Shown piece after piece: positions 1-11,942 of a stretch of 63,852 nt of DNA. Source of the DNA: Rhynchobatus australiae. Lineage: Eukaryota. A program made the position numbers and the translations under genes. How positions within the stretch are numbered: position 1 is the stretch's first letter; every line of letters starts with the position of its first letter. The DNA is taken from positions 21,188,217 through 21,252,068 of the forward strand of contig JAUZTB010000074.1 in assembly GCA_034780895.1 (NCBI GenBank). The letters run 5' to 3'. Below the pieces are notes generated by a model. The model made no database searches. It saw nothing but the letters and a program-made list of their open reading frames with translations, and was not told where the DNA came from.

Positions 1-594
1 GACTTTACTGAAATAACATATCTGTTATAAGCTTACTTGCTCCATTAGTCAAACCACAAAGGAGAATCCACTTCTGATGACTGTACTCTCTATATATTTC
101 AAGTTTACTTTCAATTCAACCTGCACTTTGCATTCAAAAAGTCACTTCTAAATAAGGAGCATTGTTCATGAAATTATACTGAGCTTCTTTTGATCTATTC
201 TTGTTTGGTAGCAGGAGAGTTAAAATGCAGCAAGCTTCAGCTGCATGCCTCTCCACATTATACCTACAGGCTCAAGGAAAACCCAGCTGTGATAAAGTCA
301 ATATAATTAACTGCATGCCGGGCAACAGATCAATTTCTAGTTGCGCCAACGGATAGCAACAGGAGGAAGAAATCAGCAGCACTATTATCAATGGGATGGG
401 AATCTGCTGAAACACAGTCTGAGGTACCACATGGTATCTGTAATGAGCAGAGTACCTTGGGTTTTGGAGGTCACAATATCCAGGCCACGAACAGTATTGA
501 CAATTGTTTTGTCTTCATTTTTAAAAGGAAAGACACAAGACATGAGCTGAACATGCGGATTCAAAGTGCCTGGGATACAGCAGCTCATTCTTGT

Positions 595-614
595 TCATTT
601 GGTCACAAAGTTGT
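595..614 (-). CDS. Last coding exon of unidentified host gene ((D)NFVTK*)
   Basis: Minus-strand acceptor TTTTTTTTGTTTGCAG|AC AAC TTT GTG ACC AAA TGA; phase 1 start matches the end of exon 828-862. Confidence 0.65.
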
Positions 615-827
615 CTGCAAACAAAAAAAAATCAATGCCTTTCATTTTGAGAGCTCCTCAAGGGGCAAGTTCTACAGTCAAGGGGAATCAGTATAAGCCT
701 TTAAAAGAGAAAAAAAATCTTCACAGTGCTTAATTTACTGATTCTGATCATGTTCTGTTTTTGGCCTGCAAGATTTTGGACCAGTTTAAATTCTTGAAGT
801 ATAATGGCAACATGACAATAAACTCAC

Positions 828-862
828 CTGATGCAGAATATTGTAGGAAATCATAAAGTATC
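828..862 (-). CDS. 35-nt exon of unidentified host gene ((W)ILYDFLQYSAS)
   Basis: TTATTATTGTAG|GATACTTTATGATTTCCTACAATATTCTGCATCAG|GTGAGT; phase 2 to 1, matching both neighbouring exons. Confidence 0.75.
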
Positions 863-1669
863 CTACAATAATAAACTGTGCTGTATTAACCTCTATAAAC
901 AAAACAAAAGGATTTGACTAGGGCTTACACGATGGTACAGAAAAAATAACATTTGATTCAGAAAGCTGGTGCAGTGTTTGTTATTTCTTGTCAAAAATGT
1001 CAGAAATCCTGGGGCCAACTTCCACTCAGATGCAAAGTTCATGTTTGCCTTATGTGCAAATACAAAAATGGGTCCACTTTCACAAAGAGGATCAGAATCA
1101 AACAGAGAGGAAAGGAAAGGAAGCAGAGCAGATGAAATTGGTTAGCCCTTGATATCACAGGTCCAAATCTGCCACCTCTCCTTCCTGACAAGGAACAGAA
1201 CATGCACAGTCCTTTTCTTGGTGCCAACCAGAAAATAAATCATTTAGCTTGGAGTTCAATCAGTGTTGGCAAGGATGTCCCACACTACCTTGTTCCCAAC
1301 ACATGGTTTTTTTAAATTTCTGTATAAGCACAAAAAATGAAACAAAGCAGGAGGACAGGCCACTGAGTTCTGTACATTCCCCAGTCAATCCTCCTACCAC
1401 AGAACCATCTTAAGAGTTGGGGTCAAGGGTGCATTACTGTTGTGCAGAAAGGTGTGTATGGGTGGGGGGGGCTTGTGGATGGGGACATTCATATCGAACA
1501 CCCAGCCCTCGGCACTGTAGGGAGTTTTTCCTGCAGCTATTCTCTAAATCCAATCTGAACCTATTTGGGTTGGGAAGATTAAGGCTCACAGTGCAGCACC
1601 ACCCAGAACACTTCAAAAGTTCATAAAACCTGACTAAATACAAACATTACAAATAATATGAAAATATGA

Positions 1670-1930
1670 TGTCACATGAAATTAGCTAAAGCATGATATA
1701 ACATATTACCAATGGTTATACTTTAATACGCCCTGACATCATCACTATAACCATTAACTGTAACTCCTGTTAACTCTCACTCCCTATATACTGTATGCAT
1801 ATTTACACACACACATGTAGTTCATCTTGTTTGTAGTATTCTAATAAACTTCTCTTTATATCTAAATATAACTTATCCTTTAACTCTCGATGATTTTAGA
1901 TAGAACTCACCATGGCAACCACTCAGGGTT
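1670..1930 (+). repeat. Short LTR-like element (TGTCA...CCA) with PBS-like TGGCAACCACTCAGGG
   Basis: TG start, TATA-like CCTATATA (~1783), AATAAA (~1843), CA end at 1912 followed by a partial tRNA-Arg PBS match; no TSD found. Confidence 0.5.
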
Positions 1931-2630
1931 TTCTGCCCATGATGCCTTGCAAGTTGCCCCTCTTTGCCTCAGCCCTTTTTAAGTATAATCCAGAAATCAC
2001 ACCCATGACTATTTGATTGACAGAACTGGCACTTTAGATTTCTCCACCCTGTTTGTTCGATTGATAGCATAACAAAGATGTTTTGATGGAGAAAAGTTTG
2101 AGTTAAAACTTGAGAAGTCTAAAACTTGTTATTGATTGTTCCCCTGATATTCGTAATTTGTGAGCACCTGTTGTGGACAGAGCTTGACACACCAGAGTCA
2201 TCTTGTTATTTATGCAATGACCTGTGACTTTGGTGACATTGTTNNNNNNNNNNNNNNNNNNNNNNNNNNNNNNNNNNNNNNNNNNNNNNNNNNNNNNNNN
2301 NNNNNNNNNNNNNNNNNNNNNNNNNNNNNNNNNNNNNNNNNNNTCCATGGTTTCACTGTTAACCTTTATTGTTGGAGGACATTGTTACACAGCAGGTTTC
2401 CAGAAGAAAAGCTTCTGCTTGCATTAGCAAATAATTCAGTTTCCTTTCCAGCTTACAACCTGTTGGAAAGGTTCAGGCCTGACATTGAATTATGCACAAT
2501 ATCTGGGGACAGGAATTAAGTCATTTCTTTCTCTGGTCAACTTTTGCTTCACTACAGGTTATGCATTCTTGCTGAAGTCACCTGATTACAGGAGTCGACC
2601 ATGCCAACAATGGGTGCCGTGACACTTCAT
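1910..2630 (-). pseudogene. 3' ORF remnant 'orfX2' downstream of env, paralog of orfX1
   Basis: FLSPDIVHNSMSGLNLSNRL*AGKETELFANASRSFSSGNLLCNNVTKVTGHCINNKMTLVCQALSTTGAHKLRISGEQSITSFRLLKF*LKLFSIK after removing insertion 2244-2377; DNA aligns with 13370-13840. Confidence 0.45.
2244..2377. mobile_element. Short insertion (mostly gap) with 9-bp TSD GACATTGTT
   Basis: GACATTGTT at 2235-2243 and 2378-2386; the insert is absent from the paralog near 13660. Confidence 0.6.
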
Positions 2631-2660
2631 GGCATTGGTCATTTCCTGTTGGCCTTGACT

Positions 2661-5600
2661 GAATAGAAAAGAAACAGGAAAGAATTTAAACAAGGAATTA
2701 GGAGGGTGCAAAGGAGCCATGAAATGTCATTAGCGAGACAGATTAAAGAGAATCTCGAGTCATTTTATATGTGTGTAAAAGCAAGAGGGTAGCTAGGGAA
2801 AGCGTCGGTCCACTCAAGGACAAAGGAGGAAATTTATGCTTGAAGCCAANNNNNNNNNNNNNNNNNNNNNNNNNNNNNNNNNNNNNNNNNNNNNNNNNNN
2901 NNNNNNNNNNNNNNNNNNNNNNNNNNNNNNNNNNNNNNNNNNNNNNNNNGAGGAAATTTATGCTTGAAGCCAAAGGAAGTGGGCTAGGTGCATCAGTATT
3001 CATCGAGGAAAAGGACATGAATGATGGTGAGATGGGGAGAGTAATGTTGATATTCTGGGGCTTGTCAATATTGAGAAGGATGAGGTGCATCTTGAAAAGT
3101 GTTAAGGTGGATAAGTTCCTGGGCCCGATGTAATCTATCCGAGGACACCGAGGGAGGCAAGGGAAGAGATTGCTGGAGCCTTAACCAAGATCTCTCTATC
3201 CTCTTTAGCCACAGGCGAGGTCCCAGAAGACTGGAGAATAGCAAAATCTGTTCCTTTGTTTAAGAAGGACAATGGGGGATAATTCAGGAAACTGTACGCT
3301 GGTGAGCCTTACAGCAGTGGTCAGGAAATTATTAGAGAAGATTCTAAGGGACAAGATTTACTCGCCTTTGGAAAAGCATAGACTTATTTGGGATACTCAG
3401 CATGGCTTTGTGTGGGGCAAGTCCTGTCCCACAAACTTGATTGAGTTTTTTGAGGAGGTGATGGAAATGATTGATGAGGGTAGGGCAGTGGTTATTGTCT
3501 ACATGAACTTCAGTAAATCTTTTGATAAGGTCACTCATGGTAGGCTGGTCCAGAAGACTAAGCCACATGGGATCCACTGTGAGTTGATAGGTTGGATACA
3601 AAATTGGCCTGGTCATAGAAGACAGTGGTTAGTGGTGGAAGGGTGATTTCTGCCTTGAGGACTGTGTCCCACAAGGATCAGTACTGGGAGATCTGTAGTT
3701 TTCAAACAGGTTGTAATATGCATAAATGACTTGCATGAAGATATAGGTGATCTGATAAGTAAACTTGCAGATGACACACAAATTGGTGGAGTTGTGGATA
3801 GTGAGGAAGGTTGTAAGAGGACACATCAGGATATAGATTAGTTGTAAATGTGGAGAAATGGAAGATGGAGTTTAATCCAGACATGTGCGAGGTGATATAG
3901 TTTAAGAAGTCAAATGCAAGAGGAAAGTATACAGTAAATGGCAGGACCTTTAGGAGCACTGATGTACAGAGGGATTGTGGGGTACAAATCTGTAGCTCCC
4001 TGGAAGTGGCAACACAGGTGGACAGGGTAGTAAAGAAAGCATACAGCATGCTCACCTTCCTCGGTCGGGGCATTGAGTATAAAAATTGGCAATCCATGTT
4101 GCAGCTGGGCCTCTGTACCTCCCTCTGCAACTGGATCCTCGGCTTCCTTACCGGGAGACCGCAGTCAGTGCAGATCAGAAATAACATCTCCTCCTCGCTG
4201 ACGATAAACACAGGCGCACCTCAAGGATGCGTGCTTAGCCCACTGCTCTACTCTCTCTACACACATGACTGTGTAGCTAGGCACAGCTCGAACGCCATCT
4301 ATAAGTTTGCCAATAACACCACTGTTGTTGGCAGAATCTCAGATGGTGACGAGGAGGTGTACAGGAGTGAGAGAGATCGGCTGGTTGAGTGGTGTCGCAA
4401 CAACAACCTCACACTCAATGTCAGCAAGACCAAGGAATTGATTGTGGACTTCAGGAAGGGGAAGTCAGGAGAATACACACCAGTCTTCATTGAGGGGTCA
4501 ATGGTGGAAAAGGTGAGCAGCTTTAAGTTCTTGGGTGTCAACATCACCTGGGCCCAACACATCGATGCAATCATAAAAGAAGGCTTGCCAGTGGTCCTAA
4601 TTCATTAGGAGTATGTGGAGATTTAGTTTGCCACCAAATTTCTATCGATGTATAGTGGAGAGCATTCTGACTGGTTGCATCACAGCCTGGTATAGAAGCT
4701 CTAATGCACAGGATTGCGAGAAGCTGCAGAGGGTTGTAGACTCAGCCAGCTCCATTAAGGGCACAACACTCCCCACCATCGAGGACCCCTTCAAGAGGCA
4801 GTGCTTCAAGAAGGTGGCATCCATCATTAGGGACCCTCACTATCCGGGTCATACCCTCTTCTCATTACTACCACAGGGGAGGAGGTACAGGATCCTGAGG
4901 ACCCACACTCAACAATTCAGGAACAGCTTCTTCCCTTCTGCCATCAGATTTCTGAACAGTCCATGAATCCATAAACACTACCTCATTGTTCCTTTTTCTT
5001 GCACTATTTATTTGTTTTATTATTTATACATTTTTATGTCTTTGCACTGTACTGCTGCTGCAAAACAACAAATTTCACATCATATAAGATAGTGATAATA
5101 ATTCTGATTCTGATTCTAAAGATGAGAAGGGGGAAAGTTTAAAGAAAATTTGCAAGGCAAGTTTTTGATACAGAGAGTGGTGGGTGCCTGGAACACACTA
5201 TAGGGAGGTGATAGAAGCAGGCATAAAAGCAATGTTTAAGAGACATTAGGACTGTTACGGACTAGGACTATTAGTGAGTGTTCCTTTAAGATAGTGTGTG
5301 TGCGTGTGTGTGGCGTGCNNNNNNNNNNNNNNNNNNNNNNNNNNNNNNNNNNNNNNNNNNNNNNNNNNNNNNNNNNNNNNNNNNNNNNNNNNNNNNNNNN
5401 NNNNNNNNNNNNNNNNNNGTCTTTAGTCTTGCACTGTACTGCTGCCACAAAACAACACATTTCACAACATATGTCAGTGATAATAAACCTGATTCTGGTT
5501 CTCTCTTCCGATTCTGTATACAACTTTGGTTGGACCACATTTGGAGTACTGTGTGCAGTCGCCACACTGCAAGAAGAATGTGAAGGCTTTGGAGAGAATA

Positions 5601-6055
5601 CAGAAGAGATTCCCCAGAATGTTGCCTGGATTGTATAGTATTAGCTATAAGGAGAGGTTGGACAAACTTGGTTTGCTTTCTCTGGAGCGTCAGCTGAGGG
5701 GTGAGCTGGCAGAAGTATATAAAATTATAAGGAGCATAGACAGGGTAGATAGAGTCTTGTTCCCAGGGTGGTTATGTCAAATACTGGAGGGCATAGCTTT
5801 GAATGAGAGGGAGAAAGTTTAAAGGAGATTTGCAAGGTAAGCTTTTTTTTTTACGCAGAGAGTGGTGGATGCCTGGAACACACTGACAGGGGAAGAGGTA
5901 GAAGCAGATGCAATAGCAACGTTTAACAGGCATTCAAATAGCTACATGGACAGGCAGGAAACAGAAGCATACGGACCATGGGCAGGCTGATGGGATGAGT
6001 TCGACTGGCATTGTGGTCAGCACAGATCATGGAGTTAATGGCCTTATGTTCTTGC
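2661..6055 (+). mobile_element. CR1 LINE (5'-truncated) between env and orfX2, with nested Rex1
   Basis: VSLTAVVRKLLEKILRDKI, QHGFVWGKSCPTNLIEFFEEV, MNFSKSFDKV, PHLEYCVQ; CR1 3' UTR. Confidence 0.92.
4105..5117 (+). mobile_element. Rex1/Babar-type LINE 3' part
   Basis: [16 protein letters not shown]...[21 protein letters not shown]...[11 protein letters not shown]; (ATTCTG)n tail; a second similar tail at 5419-5515. Confidence 0.9.
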
Positions 6056-6059
6056 TGAG

Positions 6060-7873
6060 TCAGAGCCTCACCATTAACTGCTGCTTCCTCTTTTGCTGTC
6101 GTTCTTTCTTCATTGATGGCTGATGACAAAGACCTAGCTGATTACAACCAGTACCTAACTAACAATTCGTACTTAAGGATTTATCTCGTGTCATTCCCCC
6201 AATTCCACACATGATGACACCATGAAGTGATTCTGATGTTTCGTACATCTTGACCTACTTCATCTTGTCTTTGTTTTGATTCCCAACTACACGCTCTGTG
6301 GCATCAAGATCATTTAGCAGCTTGTTTATTTAATGGACCTAAGGCTCAAGCAGGTCAATATCATATCCAAAGTTGTTAACATGTTCCTCCAGGTTTAAAT
6401 TGGACAATTGATCATATATATTGATAATCATTTCTTTTCCATGGTGTAAGGATTATAGGATTTGGTGTTCTATCGATGCTCATTAAGATGGCACAGTACA
6501 AAAAGATTGGGGCATAACTGGACATGCAGGTTATTTTCATAGGTGAAAGATTTTTACAGTTGTGGTTACACAGTACATCCTACTCCACAGTAGGCTGAAT
6601 GAACAATACCATACCTCTTGTTGTATGTTACATTGTACAGTTTGGCCTCCTTCCAGAGAATCCGCATGTAGGTTCTCCATGTAGTCTGCATGGAGGGAAT
6701 ACAGTTTTCCTTACCTGTTGACAACCCACAGGGTCTGTGAAACTCTCCCTGTACACTTCAATCACTGATATATTAAAAAATTGCAAAGGAAGCGTTATCT
6801 GCTTCTGTTACTTTTGTGTTCTGTTTAATGAATATCCAACACTTTTCACTCTAAATATGAGATATTTGCAATGAGTCAGANNNNNNNNNNNNNNNNNNNN
6901 NNNNNNNNNNNNNNNNNNNNNNNNNNNNNNNNNNNNNNNNNNNNNNNNNNNNNNNNNNNNNNNNNNNNNNNNNNNNNNNNNNNNNNNNNNNNNNNNNNNN
7001 NNNNNNNNNNNNNNNNNNNNNNNNNNNNNNNNNNNNNNNNNNNNNNNNNNNNNNNNNNNNNNNNNNNNNNNNNNNNNNNNNNNNNNNNNNNNNNNNNNNN
7101 NNNNNNNNNNNNNNNNNNNNNNNNNNNNNNNNNNNNNNNNNNNNNNNNNNNNNNNNNNNNNNNNNNNNNNNNNNNNNNNNNNNNNNNNNNNNNNNNNNNN
7201 NNNNNNNNNNNNNNNNNNNNNNNNNNNNNNNNNNNNNNNNNNNNNNNNNNNNNNNNNNNNNNNNNNNNNNNNNNNNNNNNNNNNNNNNNNNNNNNNNNNN
7301 NNNNNNNNNNNNNNNNNNNNNNNNNNNNNNNNNNNNCTCCATTTTTATTTGATATGTTGTTGTAATGTGATGGTTCATTTCATACTTACCAATGCTCATT
7401 CCTGCTACTTTGTCTCCAAATGCACGATTCTTCCAATGAGAACCTCCCCCTTATTGTTTATTTCAATTCACTATACTATACCAGAATGGATGGTTTCATA
7501 CAATCTCACAGTTGCTGCAGATTCCACCTTCAGCTTTCTCACACAAGATCTTTCCGGGATTGGTATGGGCAGTAGTATATCAGTGGCACTTCATAATTTA
7601 AGTTCTGTACACTGATAGTTGTCCGTGGATGATTCAAAATGATACAAACCTATTTCCTCTTCTTTACCTCTGCTGTGAGTGCTGAAGCCAGCTTTCCCTT
7701 CCCCGGGGCTGACACCACTGTTAAAAGGACATGTAAAATGCAACATTTTTGAGTATGTTCCACCTTTCGCCACTCTCCCCTGGTAGGTGATAAGCTGATG
7801 AACACTAATCAGCTTCAGCAGTCGCAATCTAACCCTACACAATTGCCAAAAGAGGCACTGTGGCCCTCTCCAC
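6060..7873 (-). pseudogene. env: env remnant: signal peptide, Cys-rich ectodomain, heptad, Trp-rich membrane-proximal region, TM, basic tail
   Basis: VERATVPLLAIV*G*IATAEA; GC..C..EPTCGFSG..PNCTM; AYCGVG-YCVTTT; CPVMPQSFC; INKLLNDLD..QDEVGQDVRNI; SWCHHVWNWG; VRIVS*VLVVI; KKERQQKRKQQLMVRL*. The middle (6881-7336) is a gap. Confidence 0.75.
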
Positions 7874-7879
7874 TCTTCT

Positions 7880-7905
7880 CTGCAGAAATAAAACTTTAAA
7901 AATTA
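7880..7905 (-). promoter_or_regulatory. Candidate env splice acceptor
   Basis: TTTTTAAAGTTTTATTTCTGCAG| between the integrase end and the env signal peptide. Confidence 0.5.
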
Positions 7906-7919
7906 TATAATCTAGGCTA

Positions 7920-9130
7920 TACACATCTGGTGAAATTAACTGTTTGTTTATTTGCAAGACTTATATATGGTTGCCTTGCATATATGACTTCTAAATTCAT
8001 ATCTCCTGTCGTTCTCTGAGAGGGTCGGGCTGATACTGGTGCCATTGCTGCCTGAGGAACATTCTGTTCCTCTACAATCCTCCATTTCACCATGCTAACA
8101 CTGATAACAGTTCTTTTCATTCTCTCTTCTTTCTGATGAGATTTATATAGTTTCATCTGTCTGATGCGGAACCGTTATACCTTTTTGGGTAGTTGAACAG
8201 AATAAACCGTTTGACCTGTTCTTTTCACAATATTGTATGGTCCTCTTATAAAGTGGATCAAGTACTTCTACCTGAACATAATTCCTCACAATCATCTGGT
8301 CTCCAGTGTCCCATTTTTGTGGCTTATGTGGTTCTAAATTCATTTTATTTGTTTAATTTTTTTTGCCAATATTCCCTGCATCTCATTTATAAAGCGCCTC
8401 CAACTTTTTTGTTCGATAGATCTGTCCCAAGTTAGTTCTTTCTCCTGTCTTTCAGCCAGAGTATGTAAAAGTACCGGTCTCATTCACTTGTTATGTAGAT
8501 ATCCTGTCGTACTGGATGTTCATTAACACTTGTTGTGGGATCTCATCCCAATTTTTCTTCCTTTCCTAAGCTTTCTTTTATCATTCTATTCATACGCTCA
8601 ATAATTCCTGATGATCATGGATTATGTCTTAAATACCACTTCCTTTTTATTATCAACAGCTTCAAGGTTGCTTGAGAAACCTATCCCTAATCTGATTCCA
8701 CAGACCTCAGTAGTTCCCATCAAGGAAAGATTTGTGTCACTGATGTCTTAGCTGTGGCTGGAGCTGTAGCTGCCAACCACTGAAATGCTTCAACCGATTT
8801 CATGTAAAGTTATCCATCAAAACGAGATAATAATGCATTTCCCCTGCTGTATGTTGGAAGAGGTCCAATAAAACCTACCTGCGCTACCAGAGCCTTTCTG
8901 ATCTTCAGGTGTGCCCTAGGGCTGCTTTCCTCTTTTGTAGGTCTGGATTATGAGCTGCACAGATCAGAGAACCGTGACAAAAATCCTTCACATCATCTTT
9001 TTGAAGAGGACACGATCCCACTGCACTGACTCTCTTCCCCATTTGCTCTGAACCAGGATGTTCTAATCCTGGCCCCCTCTGTACCAGTTAAAGGAAGTCT
9101 CCCCTCAGGGTTGTGGGAACCACCCTTTTA
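7920..9130 (-). pseudogene. pol: Integrase remnant (HHCC, DDE core, GPY/F C-terminal domain)
   Basis: EHPG...DVKDFCHGSLICAAHNP; QVGFIGPLP; VEAF...SVESD*G; HNP*SSGIIERMNRMIKESL; GPYNIVKRTGQTVYSVQLP. Confidence 0.92.
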
Positions 9131-9334
9131 TTAAACAGCATTCCTTCTTATATTTGTGCTTCAGGTCTTCAACAGGATTCCTCAACGGTTTCGTCCACTT
9201 CCCAAAATGCCAGGTATGTTTTATGCATTTCCAGGCGATCACCAACTCCTACTGGCCCCACTGCTATTATTGTCATTACTTAGCTCCGGTTCTTTCCCTG
9301 AGTTCCCAAGGCATCCCTTCCAAGGCACATGTTC

Positions 9335-10230
9335 TCACTAATGTCCACTTTCCTATTACCTTCCCATCTCAGCTCTATTTCAGAATGAGTTTTCAATTTC
9401 TGTATTCAATAATCATGTTTCCCTGCATTACTACTGAATTCCGACAGAATTGACTGCAACACTGGGCCACTCAGAAGTGGTTTTCCATCTGCTGATTTAA
9501 ATCCTTGCATTTCCTAGAAAACCAGAAACTCGACAGACAAACACAGAGGCTGAACAGATGGTGCTGGGTGAATCACTTCATATTCAACAGCACCCGGTTC
9601 TGCCTGTTGTGTACTCAGATGACCTGGTAATTTCAGTGATGTCCCTACCTCATTACTTGGATCCTAATTTTCAGTAGTGTTCATCTTTCTCCCTCTTTCA
9701 TGTAATTGAATCCCTCCACAAAGGTACCTCTCTCCGTCAATAAACACCATTCTCAAATCCTTCTATATCCCATACTCCTCCTACTGATGTTTCTCTATGA
9801 ACCCCATGTCTGCTGCCAGGGTTGGGTGATTCAATAATTCTACCTTCAGATCACATGACCCCAGCAACACAATGCCCCTACTAAAGGTGGGACTGGACAC
9901 AGTCCCTTCTTCAATGCTTTGTTGCAATTACCAACAACATTGTCAGGGTATGCTCAGTTCCCATGGTTACTCTACTAGTTCCCATAAAAGCAGCAAATTG
10001 CTTCTTTGTCCAATAATTAGCCAATGAATATATTTCACAAAATGATATGTCATTTCTTTTGTAGATAAGGTCCAAGAGCCATATGCTGTTGGTCTAAGTT
10101 TCCCAGGAGTTAATTGTAACAGTGCTGCACTCGCACTAGCTTCTGCAGCTACACATTCTGGCCAGAAACCCTGTGTGGGATCTCTTGTTCCCAGTGCTGG
10201 AGATGTCTGCATTTTTTTCTTGAGTGTATG
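9335..10230 (-). pseudogene. pol: Tether (degenerate RNase H) plus second, retroviral-type RNase H
   Basis: Tether SPALGTRDPTQGF...SAALLQ...LRPTAYGSWTLS; RNase H MVFIDG, STQQAE, GFKSADGKPL, KLKTHS...EGNRKVD. Confidence 0.85.
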
Positions 10231-11100
10231 GGAAACTTTCCCACATTCCTCTGGCCACTCCCATTCAGCTGTACTTCCCTGTAATGCATACAAAGGTCTA
10301 GCCATATCTACATAATCCAACATAAACTCACAGCAATACCCCGCAAGTTCCAGGAATGATCAATACCTCATCCTCAAGTATTTGTAGCTTGGTAGCTCCT
10401 GTACTGATTTCCTTTTGACCTTAATTATGCTCTACTCTTCTTAACATGGGTGTTAAAAATTGTACTTCCCTATCTGGGCCCTGTTAAGGGTTATCTTTAG
10501 CCCAGATTTTGCTAGAAGCTGCAACAATCTCTGAAGCAACAGTCAGTCATGTTTGCAAAGAGTAACAGGTCAGCTACATGCTGAATCAGCTTCTCTCTGA
10601 TGGAATACAGATGGGCCATTATGGAATCCTTGTGGGAGACAAACCCAGGCATACTGCTGCCCCTTAAAGTTAAAGGCAAATTTGTATTTATCTTTTTGTC
10701 CTCATTGGAATAGACCAAAACCCATTAGAGATATCCAGCATCGTGTCCACTGCTATAGACCTTGGTTAAATCTACCATAGCAGCAATTGTAGGGACACAT
10801 GCTGGAACATTTTTGTTTGATATTCTATAAATAATTGTCATTCTCCATGAACCATTCAGTTCCCTATTGGTGAGTTTATGTGTGTTGCCAGACCTCCAAT
10901 AGCCCCTTAGTCTATGAGTATTGCTATCTGTGAATTTCTTCGTTTCTTTAGAGAAAGTTCATTGTCTTTGTGGCACTTTGAAAGGCTTTCCCTCTGCTGT
11001 CACCACTGGACTCAGTATTCTCCTGCTGTCCTGTTGGTGTTGGCAAATGCCACCCTCTCCTGCTCTAGAATGGCTCTATTCCACTCAGGACTTCTTTTCA
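10230..11100 (-). pseudogene. pol: Reverse transcriptase remnant
   Basis: NGSWRMTIIYR, LDISNGFWSIP, KYKFAFNFKGQQYAWVCLPQGFHNGPSVFHQ, LIQHVADLLLF (decayed YVDD at ~10569-10580). Confidence 0.93.
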
Positions 11101-11149
11101 CTAATACCTCACAAAGCCATATGCTCCCTTGCCTAAAACTACACACAAC

Positions 11150-11554
11150 TGTCCTTGCCCATCCAGTGGAATATACTGCTTTTCACTGCCCTCCCATAAG
11201 CAATGATTTACTAAACCTATCACAAAGCCATTTACTTCCATATAGTTTGACCTCGTCCTCACCCCAGTTCATTAGTATGCATACTTACACGGTCTCGTGT
11301 GGCTCCACTTGTACACAGAGAGGTTTTGACACTGCCACAGCCATAGTAATCACTGTAAATCCTCCCAAAACACGGGGTTTGATGTGGGACCATATAGATC
11401 TTAATGGGTCTCTCCTGTCAAACAATGTATGCGCTGCCCCTGTATCTACCTGATATTCCTCTTGCCCTCCTTTTACAATCACACACATAATCAGTCTTCC
11501 TTGGCTATCATACCTGAGTGGGCACAGGCTTGTCAGCTGGATGTTATGGCCCCA
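11150..11554 (-). pseudogene. pro: Aspartic protease remnant
   Basis: CPLRYDSQGRL...VKGGQEEYQVDTGAAHT (DTG at 11438-11446), flap-like VLGGFT. Confidence 0.88.
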
Positions 11555-11942
11555 TCATTGCTCAGAAAGCATGAAAGGTCTCATCTTAGGTTTCCCTCCT
11601 TGGCTGCACTCTGACTGAACATCTTTCCTCATACTTGGGCTAGCTGATCTTTTAGATCTTGAGATCTACCACTCCAAGGGTTCTTTCTTCATCCATTCCT
11701 ATTTCTTGATGGACAGCAATCCTGAGCCAAAGGACTGAATTTGCCTTAATTGTCTGTTATCCCTGGGTTGGTTACTTGGAGTTGAATTTCTCTTTGCTGA
11801 TCCCGATGCCTTGCCTTCTTCATATCATCACAATCTACCCGGCCCTCCCAGTGCTCGAGTCTGCAATCGGCTGTGGTTTTAAGTCCCATTAACTTTCCTC
11901 TTTCGCCCTCCCTTCCTGAGTTTATCCTGCTTCTCTGTGAAG

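Noticed and set aside
2611-2625. TGGGTGCCGTGAC resembling a tRNA-His PBS on the + strand
   Set aside because: About a 10-nt match, expected by chance across many tRNAs, and on the wrong strand for the ERV
10914-11453. 179-aa + strand ORF
   Set aside because: Antisense to the ERV protease/RT with no recognisable motifs; treated as a shadow ORF
6060-11554. Apparent TGG-to-TAG/TGA stops suggesting APOBEC hypermutation
   Set aside because: Indels and all substitution types are abundant, so ordinary long-term decay suffices; testing needs a consensus
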